Source: a virus (taxonomy: Duplodnaviria > Caudoviricetes). From it: a stretch of 52,740 bases of DNA. The notes beneath the pieces were generated by a model. The model was not told the origin of the DNA, ran no database searches, and worked only from the letters and a program-made list of their open reading frames with translations. Both the position numbers and the translations under genes were made by a program. Location: the IMG/VR virus record IMGVR_UViG_3300042945_000786, positions 1 through 52,740 of that record; one strand, written 5' to 3'. This document shows, one piece after another, positions 16,362 through 26,400 of the stretch; the first letter of the stretch is position 1, and each line of letters begins with the position of its first letter.

Positions 16362-16812
16362 TCACAACGCTATCTGGTCGCGTGCCGACTTGGACAAGAT
16401 GTTGAAGATGGCAGAGGCCGGGTACGGGAGCGCCCGCATCGGGCTCGAGCTTGGCAGGACGAAGGCCGCTGTGTCGGTAGCCCTGTGCAATGAGCGCAAG
16501 AGGATTCGCAATGCGGAGCTCGATGCAGCGCCAGAACAAGACCCCTCTGGGGGCACATCGCATCTCGGTGAGGTCGTCAAGAAGAGCGCTGTTCCGGGTG
16601 GCACCGAGCGCATATCGTACCGCATCGACGAGGCTGTGAAGATGACCGGCATCGGCAGGACTACCATGTACAAGTTGGTTTCCGATGGAAAGCTCAGGGT
16701 CGTTCGTGTCGGTGGGTGTACCCTCATTCCCGCTGATGAACTGAAGGCGCTTTTCGCCCCCGAGAAACCCAATGACGGTTTCATCTCAAGGTTCTTCAAA
16801 TGGAAGAAGTGA
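16351..16812 (+). CDS. Dual-HTH regulator (GcrA-like N-terminus plus excisionase-like wHTH)
   Basis: WS..D...L..M...G.....IG.ELGRTK.AV; YRIDEAVKMTGIGRTTMYKLV.DGKL. Confidence 0.7.
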   Translation: MTHNHNAIWSRADLDKMLKMAEAGYGSARIGLELGRTKAAVSVALCNERKRIRNAELDAAPEQDPSGGTSHLGEVVKKSAVPGGTERISYRIDEAVKMTGIGRTTMYKLVSDGKLRVVRVGGCTLIPADELKALFAPEKPNDGFISRFFKWKK

Positions 16813-17255
16813 GGAAAGCCGCGATCCACTTCGAGGCAGTCAAGGTCTCGATGAACCAGAACAAGGAGGGGATGGCTCTGCGCCTCAGCATCCACCCCAA
16901 CGACTGCCCGCAGGAACTGCTGGCTGACTGGGTCGGGACGCGGTACATGGTCGCCATGGTCAAGTTGACGGACGACGATCAGCCTGACATGCGCGACGAG
17001 CAGAGACGTATAGAACGCATGATCGCATCCGCTGGGATGCTGTGCAGGAACGAAGAGTTCTACGAGTTCCTGTTCGAGCACGGCATGTGTGACTTCGCAA
17101 CAGAGGCTGACGCGATGGAGAAAGAGAGCACCAGCGCGGTCAAGTCGTTCTGCAATATCAAGAGCCGGGCCGATCTTCGCGATAGCCCAAAGGCCAGAGA
17201 GATGTTCGAGTCGCTCAGAGACCGTTTCAAGGAATGGAAGAAGGCACAACCATGA
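16800..17255 (+). CDS. Hypothetical protein
   Basis: ORF in operon; FEAVKVSM.Q..EG pattern. Confidence 0.8.
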   Translation: MEEVRKAAIHFEAVKVSMNQNKEGMALRLSIHPNDCPQELLADWVGTRYMVAMVKLTDDDQPDMRDEQRRIERMIASAGMLCRNEEFYEFLFEHGMCDFATEADAMEKESTSAVKSFCNIKSRADLRDSPKAREMFESLRDRFKEWKKAQP

Positions 17256-17443
17256 GCAACCCGGAACTCCTAGACATGGGCGAGATCGCAGCGATGCTGT
17301 CCGTCCACAAGAAGACCCTCTATCGCTTCATCAAGGACAACAAAGACCCCACGTTCCCAAAGCCGATAGTGTTTGGACCGAAGACACTGAGGTGGGTGAA
17401 GCAGGATGTCGAGCAGTGGCTGTCGAGCAGGGCCACCGCATGA
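17252..17443 (+). CDS. AlpA-family HTH regulator
   Basis: EIAAMLSVHKKTLYR......FPKPI.FG....RW...DVEQW. Confidence 0.85.
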   Translation: MSNPELLDMGEIAAMLSVHKKTLYRFIKDNKDPTFPKPIVFGPKTLRWVKQDVEQWLSSRATA

Positions 17444-17469
17444 AAGAAGAACCGGGCAGTGCCCGGTTC
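17443..17469 (-). terminator. Hairpin terminator between convergent arms
   Basis: GAACCGGGC-AGT-GCCCGGTTC followed by TTCTTT on the minus strand. Confidence 0.65.
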
Positions 17470-17494
17470 CTCTACAAGAAGTTCATCTGAACTT

Positions 17495-20400
17495 TCAGAT
17501 GTCCCTCATGAGTTGGTTGGCGCGAGCGGTGAGTTGCTGCCTCCGCTCGTCCAGCCTCTCCAAAATGAGACGCTTCTGGTCTTCAGGTAGTCTGCCTTCC
17601 CTGACCTGACGCATCTGTCTGGAGAGTTTCCTGAGAGCATTGTCAATCGCACGAACGGCGCCAGAGACTTTCAGTTCATCAGAGAAGCGCTCACGGGCAT
17701 CAGCAAGGCGCTCCGTGTTGCCCTCCTCTACGGCAGCCTTGACCTCATCAAGGGCGGTCAGGACGCGGTTCCTCTTCTCGACGTAGGCGCCTGTGTCTTC
17801 CCTTGTCGTGACGGTGCCTATGATCTTCCCGAAGATCGGAACATTCCTGACCACATCTTCAGAGAAGCCCTCATCATACGCCCTGAACGGCGTCTCTGCC
17901 GTCCTGATGACAAAGCGACCGACGCCACCTGTCAGATACTCAAACCAGAAGTCGATGAGATCAGGTGACACATCGACCATACCCTTCACTTCTGTCGTGC
18001 CGCCGGTGACAGAGTTCATGGCGTTGGCCAGCCATACAGCCGGAACACTTGTGGTTGACCAGTAGAGTTGGCTGGAGGGAGTCCTGTCGCCGGGGAAGCC
18101 TTCCTTATAGACAGGCTGGTTGGCAAAGTTCTCGTTCTGCCAAATGTCGATGAACGGATCGAGCACGGTTGGGGAGGCCGCGTTGGCAAAGCTCTCGCTA
18201 CCGCCAATCGGGTTAACCGTATCCAGCATGGTGCCGACAATGCTCCCGGCAGCCTCGCTTGGCTCATACGCTCCGCGCGACAGACGTCCCATGGCGCGGC
18301 CCAAGTTGTGCGCCATGTTCAGGCCGTAGGGCATCGGGATGGAGATGTACGAGCGATCAGTGAAGCCGAAGACATCAGGCAGGATCAGGTTGTGCTCGAG
18401 GACGTACTCAGGAATCTTGTCGTAGAGCTTCTCGCCATCCTCATCGTCTCCCGACATTATGGCATTGAGGTAGTCCTGCATGATGCCAACGCCGATTGCG
18501 GCAGCCCAGAACTTCTGAACCTTCTTTGACCTGAGTGCCGCGTTCAGCATGGCGAAGGAGCCCTGAAGCGAGGCGTTGTAGAACAGGTACATGGCGTTCA
18601 TGAACGTCTTGTAGTCGCCGCCCTTGGCAAAGTTGACGGTGATGTTCCGGGCAGCCTGAGCCGCACGCTGAGGCGTGAAGCCCTTGTCGAGTAGGGCCTT
18701 GTAGGTTGTGACGCGGATGCCGTTCTCGATGACCGTGTTGTAGTCCTCGACGAAGCTAAGGAGGGACATCGCCCCCTTGCCCACGAAGCCGTTCTTCACG
18801 CGGTTGAACTGCTTGCGCGCACCGCTGTCGGCGATGTCGCCGATGATGCCGCTGATGTTGTTCATCTGGTCGGCAACCGTGTTGACTTGGTTCGTCGCGT
18901 TCTGGCCCCCGTTCTTCACGAAGTCACGGTAGATTCTGGCCCACTCGGAAGAGTTGTCGTTGTTGCGGATGGATTGCTTGATGCCGCGAAGTGCACCCGG
19001 AACATCCCTCACGATCTTCCGCGTCAGGCCATCGATCTCGTACTGAGCCACGTTCACGCCCGCAGTCTGAAGGTCGCGGAACATGTTGGTGATGAAGAAG
19101 GCCGGGTTGAGAGAGGTGTTGATGCTAGCCAAGTACCGGTTGATTGTCGCCAAGGCACGGATCAGCCCGTTGTTGTGAGTGGGCGACATGCTCCCCTTGA
19201 GGGCGGATGCGATGGCATCGCTCTCCAGTTTGACGATGACCTCCTTGCCGTCCTCCTTCACGACAAAGATGTCTGGCTCGTTGCGGAAGTTCGGATCGAG
19301 CACGGTCTGGACGGTCTGGACCACCGTGCCGTCAGCGCGCTTGCGCTCCACGAGGACGCGCTTCTGCACATCCTTCATGTCGCCCGGCTTCAGGATGCGG
19401 CCATAGCCCTTGGTCTTGGCGGGGTCGGAGCGCAGCAGTTGCAGGAAGGACTGGCCCACCTTGTTCCGCTCTGCCCTGATGATCGCGTTCTGGTTCTGCA
19501 CGAGCAGGTTCGGGATGATATTGTCAGCGTAGTCGTAGCGACCCAGAGAGCGCCGGTCCTCCCTGCGGCGGGCACCGTACATGGGCGAGCGATACGGCCC
19601 CGTGGCCTGCTCATCCACCGGCTCTCCAGAAGGGTCGCGCTTGCCACGCAGGGGGACGTAGTTGTCGTACTGAGGAACATCGACCGTGTCCCCGGTGGTG
19701 GGGTCTGTGTACTGGAAGAACTCCCTCGGGATCAGGCCACCCTCAAGGCGGACATCGTTGGTCGACTGCACGATCCTCTGCGTAGCGTCGGCGATCTTCT
19801 GCATCGTGCTGGCGTAGGGGCTGCTTGCGAACCAAGCGAGGATCGCGTCGGCCTCACCGTCAGTCATGCCAGAGCCAGCATCGTTCTCTGGGTCGATGCC
19901 ACGGATGTACTCGTTCCGCTCCTTGGCATGGCTGGCGTAGAGGAAGATGTCAGCCATCGAGAGAGCGTTGCTGCGTGTGTCATTGAAGGCCACATCGGCG
20001 AAGCCACGGCCAACAGATGCAGAGTTGGACGCCGCGATGAGTTGCTGCTTGGCTTGGTCAGTGACCTTGAGGCTGCCGACGAGGTCGATGAGCGGGCGGT
20101 ACAGGTTGGTCTGTGCCTGCTCCACCTTCTCCCCAACCACGCCGTGGTAGAGTTCCTCCTGCATGTAGGTGTCCATGGCGTCGGTGATGTTCAGGCCATT
20201 GGCCCGAAGCTCATCGATCATCCGACCCACGGGGATCATGCCGTCTTGGAACTTCTTGATGATGCCGTCAGCGATCTGCTTGGAGCGTGCATCGTCTGCC
20301 CCGATGCCGGTGATGCGAAGGCCTTTTGCCAACAGGTCAGCAGCCTTCGAGTAGACCACGTTGGTCTGCTTCTGTGCCGTCTGGCGCTGGACCTTTCCGG

Positions 20401-23400
20401 CAACAGAGTTCCGCGTCGGCACCATGGACTGCCGCACCAGAGGCGTTGGAGATGGCGCTGAGGTGGGCTCTTGGGCTGGCATGTCGCCAGCCCTGCCCTC
20501 AGTCCATGTCCAATCAGGCATGAGGCCAGTCTTCTGATCCGCGAAGACAGTGTCCTCGACCTTGGCATTCCGGTTCGAATCGCCATAGGGTCCGTAGTTC
20601 AGCCAAGAGTTCTGGCCACGAGTTTCCGATGTGATTGCCCCAACGGCAGAGCCGGTGAAGAGGCGCACATGCGCCTGCCAAGCGTTCTCTTCGCCACGGG
20701 CGCGGAAGCCAGAGCCCTCTAGGCCGTGGCCGAATGCGTCGTGAACGGCACGGAAGAGGTCATTGGCGAGGACTGGCGCCGTCTGCTCGCTATCGGGTGA
20801 TCCAACCGGCCAGCGAAGACCGGTGTCCTCGAGCATGGGGTTGTCTTCGACATTCAGTTCGGTCGCGCCAGAGCCAAAGCCTCCCGCTGTTGGGAAGACG
20901 CCCATCTGCTTGTTCGCCCTGATATCGCGCAGTGCGTTCCAAGGGGATGACAGATATGCCTCGTTGTCAGGGCGAGACAGATCGGTGAACCAGAACTGGT
21001 AGCCATCCTGCGCCAGCGCATTGTACTGCGCCAATGTCTGGCGAATCAGGTTCTGGTATGCCTCCCTAACCTTGGGGTCTTGCGGCGCATGAGGCATGGC
21101 GTCGTACGCCGCAGCAATGCGCGCCGCTCGCTCGGGATCGACATCGACGTACTCTGACTGGCGGCTAAGATCGAGCCCGATGCTCTTGGCGTACTTGTCG
21201 GCGATGCGAACAAGACTTGGGTCAGGACCAGTGAAGCCCTCGACGCGGGGCGCTCCGGGCAGCGGCTCTAGCGGCGAGAGAGCAACTGCTCGTTCTGGTG
21301 CTGCCAGCGTGCGAGCCTCAGTTTCCCGAGTTCCAAGTCCTCCGACTCCTCGTCCGGGGACGGCTGAATATCGATCCGCTTCGCGACCTCCGGTAATTCT
21401 TCTCTGGCGCGGACGTATTCCTCCACCGGCAGCGCCTGCCCCTCGTCCAATTCCCTCAACTCTATCGGCATATCCGACAGAAGCTCCGCTTGCTCGTCTG
21501 CCGACGGATCGGTCGAGGCGTACGCCAGCCAGTTCTCCCTCGTAAGAGGAAGGCGCAATTTTACCAGCAGCCCCACCACCGGGTCCAAACCAAGTAGGCT
21601 CATTGATACCTCCCATGAACCGTTCAACATCGTCCCGCGCGGATTCGACGGAACGCTTCCCCTCGTTAACCTCACGCCAGATGCCATTAACTCTGGCAAC
21701 CTTCGCCTTGCTGCGCTTCTCCTCAGCAGGGAAGAGACCGCGCACAGCCTCCCAAGTGATCGACTGAAGTTCACGCGCCGTGATCCCAAGCGACCCAGCC
21801 GTCCTCCTGTAAGCCTCAGCGTATATACCATAGACACCGATAGCGCCAGTGTCTCCAATGCTCTTTGCTGCAATCCAGCCTTGCGGCTGCTTAGCCTTCG
21901 CCGGGCTGGACCCAAAGTTATGATGAACTTCTGCGCTGCTCCCAGATAGCGGGCGGATCAGTGCTGCGGCAACAGCGTGGGTATCGATGGTGACATCGCC
22001 ATGGGGCGCATCAGGGGCGAGGATGTTGTTGAAGAAGTTCCTGACCTTGTGCTGGTCGCCCATCGCAAGGCTCGTGGCCTCACGGCTCTGGTGCGTCAGG
22101 ACATAGATGGCCTTGGCGATTTCAACATTCGACCCCCAGCCAACCTTGCCTGACGGATCGCCGATGAAGTCACCCTCAGCGCTGACGGTGCGGTAGCCTC
22201 TCGGGTTGTAGGTCTCGTCGTATAGGCGAAGCCACATGGCCTTCAGGACCGGGTCTTCCAGACCGGCGTAACTGTTGGACATGACAATGCGGAGGGCGGG
22301 AGCGTATTGCTCCTTTCCGTAGATGCGCTGTGCCGTCTCGGCCATCTCCACGGTCGGCGTGAACGCGATCATGTTGCCGCGAGAGAAAGTCTGGTGGATG
22401 TCGATCAGGCGCTCCGCCAGAGAGACGTTCTGATACCAGTCCTTTTGAGGCGACAGAGCGGCGAGAACCCCAGCGACCGTAAAGTCTGGAATCTGGTACT
22501 GACCAGACATCCGCTCGGCGATCTTGCGAGCGCCGTTGTACCACAACTTGGACCGCTTCCTGATCTCTTGAGGCACGCGGTTGTGGAGCCACAGCAGGTT
22601 GTCGGAGACAAACTGGATGAAGTCTTCTGCGATCTGGTCAGGGTCTTCAGATGCCGTCACGAACCCCGGATAGCCCTTGATGACCTGCATGTTGTGAGCA
22701 AAGGCCTGCGGGCTCTGCTTCATCGCGTTCAGGTCGACGATCAGGTTCTGCGTCAGCGGGTCTTCGGTCGCCCTCTTGGTGTAGGGCTGCCGAGTAGAGA
22801 TGCGATCTTCAGTATCGCCAGACGCCATGATCCGAGTAATGGCTTGGCCCTCGGCCCAGTCATTGAAGTCAGCGACCTTTTCGCGGTCATACACGCCGTC
22901 TGTCTTGAACGCCCCCTCAGATGCAAGCACCATCGAGAACCGACGATACGGCTTCGGCCCGCGCTCGTAGACGCGCGTCTCTGACGGGTAGAAACTGTGG
23001 ACATAGTGGAACGGGTCTGGCGTCAGCCTGTTGTTCTCGGACAGGACGAGACGTAGACGCGGTGCCTTGAGCGGGCGGTTGTCGATCCACTCGAGCGCGA
23101 ACTGATCACCGTCCTTGCCGCCGATGACGGAGTCGCCGTTCCTCATCCCCTGCTGCTTCCAGACCTGAAGCATGTCGAAGATGGCCTTGTTGACGTCCTT
23201 GTACTTGGACATCTCGTAGAGTTCTTGGTCGTGCTTGCGGGCAATGATGTGCTTCAGCCCGTACCCGGTATCGACACCACGCTCACGGAAGATGTGCTCG
23301 CCGACAGGCAGGATGACCGACTGCTTCCTGCCACGGTAGTCAATGATATTGCCGTAGGAGTAGGAGTCAGTGCCGTCCCTGTTCTTCACGGGAGACGGCA

Positions 23401-26400
23401 CAGGCATGAACGACTTGCGTTCGCGGGGGTCAGCCGCGATTGCGACGGCAAGGTCGTCAAGTTGCCGGTTCAGGTCGGCCAGTTCTTCGGGGGACAACTG
23501 GTCATCGACAGAGACATCAGCCTCTGCCGTCGGGACTGCGGCGGGAGCGGCGGCTTGAGCGGCAGGAGCGGCGCCACGCGGCCTTGCTCCGATCTCACCG
23601 TAGCGGATGCCCTCGAAAATCTTCTCGACCGAGTCGAAGCCACGCTCGGTGTGTACCCCGATGATGGCCTTGAAGAAGTTCTTGAGGCGCTCGAAGATCG
23701 TCTTCTGCGGTCCTTTGACCGTGGTCTTGCCATCAAGGTAGTCGCGGAAGAGTTCTGCGACAGCCTCCTCCTGAATGACCGCCTCATCGTACCCCATGGC
23801 ACGGGCGCGCTCTTCATAGGTGTAGCTGCGCTCGACAGGTTTGCCCTGCTTGATCGCGACGTACTTCTTGTTCTTGGCGTAGGCGGTGAGTGTGTTCCAC
23901 TCTGCGTCAGTGATGACACCCATCAGGCGAAGGGCGTGGATCACCTCGTGGTTCATGACGCTGGCGATGGAGTCGAACAACTCCTGATCGGTCATGCCCT
24001 TGCGATAGATACCCATCGACAGGCTGATGATCCGCTTGACAGGATCGTACTTGCCCTCGGCAACACCCATGACCTTGCCAGACTGGTCGCGGGCCAGCAT
24101 GGCCTGAGCGCCCTCAAGGCGAACCTCCTTGAGGCCGAGGTTGTTGAGCCGCTTGCGCAGGGCTGCAAACACATTCTGCTGCTGTGCCGTGAAGATCGGT
24201 GTGTAGTTCACCGGCTCCTTCATCGTGGCAGCATTGAAGCGGGCCTGACCTGCGGCCTCACGCTCCTTTGCGGCCTGCACCGTGGCGGAGGGGTCGCGGA
24301 GTCGTGCCGTGGCTGTGTCGCGCAGTTTCTTCAGATCGGCTGCTGTCTGCTCCAGTTGCTGAAGCCGTGCCTTCTGAGCATTGTTCAGTTGAACTTTTTT
24401 CTGCCGCTTGCGGAGATTAGCAGCCTGTTTCTCCGCATCACCGATCTGCTGGTTATAGCCAGCGATATTCTGCCGCAGCGTCTCCATCCGCTGCTGGATG
24501 GCTGGTGCCGTCGCTTCGGTGACAGGCACAGCCACCTTGGCAGCATCCAGCGCCACACGCTCTACGGACGGGATGGCGCCAGCCTGCTTCGCGTTCTTGA
24601 TCTCGGTCTCAGCCGCAGCGACGCGAGCCTTCGCTGCCTCGATTGAGGCATCAAGGGTGTCGAGCTTCTGGTTGAACAGGGCGGGATCGGCCCTCTTCCC
24701 GGTCGAGTCCTTGCCGGTCTGCTCTACGCGGCGGACTTCCTCGATGAGGTTCTTCCGCTCCTTCTGCGACAGATCGATCTGCTTGTTCAGCCCGTCGATC
24801 TCCTGACGCAGGCCGGTCTCGATGCTATCGGTGCGGGCGATGGGCTCGAGACTGTAGCCAGTGCGAGACTTCGTGTCAGCGCGTATCACGCCGCGAGACA
24901 CCATCTCGTCGCGGATGTCGCGGACCACCGTGTTGGGAACCTTCGCCTTGGTGATGTCCCTCACAGCCTTCTGAATCTTGGGGAAACTGACGCCCTTGTC
25001 AGCCTTCACCTGTTGCACCGCGCGGTCGTACTGCTCTTGGGTGAAGGTCTTGTTCTCCACCGGGCCGAAACGAGCAATGCCGCCAGTGACGGGCTTCTGC
25101 TTCTTCGCCTCGCGCTCGGAAGCGGCAGTGCCGACGATGGCTTGCAGTTCCTCTAGCGTGACTTGAGGGAACGGTTCCTGACCGGCGTTGGCACGCGCCT
25201 GAGAGATGGCAACGCGCTCTTCCATGGGGAGACTTGTGAGGGCCACAGGGCGGGTAGGTGTGATAGCCTCCATACCCGCACGACCACGCAGCGCTGTCTC
25301 TTCCTGAGGCGTCGTACGGGCCGTGGATGGAGCGGGTAGGGCAAGAGGCGCAGCCTCCGGGGATGCGACCTTTTCAGCGGCTTCTGCTGCCCGGCTCTCT
25401 CGTGCGTTCTGGATGTACTGGTCGCCGCGAGCGCCCAGTTCCTCCATGTCCTCGTCGAGTTCTCGCTTTTTACGCTCCGCTTCTTCCTTGCGGCCAGTGA
25501 CAAGAGCGCCGCCCGCAGCGCCGATACCGCCACCAAGGACGGCGGCTCCGAGTGCAGCCTCGCCATAGCGTTGAATTGCCTCCTCGCTGAGAGGGTCTTT
25601 GCCAGCCTGAAGAATGCCGAGCAGTTCCTGACCAAGTTCAGTCGGCACCTCAGTGACAACGCCACCCGCAGCACCTCGCGCGGCACGGGTGAAGAGACCG
25701 CCCTCAGCGGCCTTCTTCAGGACGTTTGCGCCATACTTGGCTCCGACAGCAGACAGGACACCGTCGAGCAGAGATGCCGGTGCAGCGGCAAGGGCAGCAG
25801 CGCCTTCGCTCACCTCAACGGGGCGACCCGCCTCGATGTCAGCCTCCTTCTGCTGCTCGCGGAAGTCGCCATAGAAGTACGGTAGAGACGCGAGGGCAGC
25901 ACCACCGAGGGCACCAACCGTCCCGCCGACAACGGCGCCTACCGGCCCACCGAAAGCGCCAATTGCAGCACCGGCCTTTGCGCCAGCGTAGCCACCAGCA
26001 AGTGCGACGGCGGTCTGCGGCGCAGAACCACCAGCAATTTCGCCAACGTAGCTTGCGGCACTGCCGATTGCGCCCTGAGCCTCGCGCTCCTTCTCGAGGG
26101 CGGCAGCCTCAGCCAGACGATCAAGCTCAAGACCCTGACGCTCCGCGATACCAGCGCCGTATCCAGCAAGGCTCTCGAGCCCAGTGACGGTGCCGATGCC
26201 CTCCAGAGCGGAGCCGTATGCTCGGCCTAGCCCGGCTAGCCCTACGTCGATGCCGCGACCGAATGCGGTGGTGTCTTCAGGGGGAGCGGCTTCAGTCGCG
26301 ACCGGAGCCCCGAACATCGACTCATACCGCGACTGGAACGCAGACTCTTGCTGCGCCACATACTGATCGATCCGGGCTTGCTCTGCTGGGGTCGGTACGT

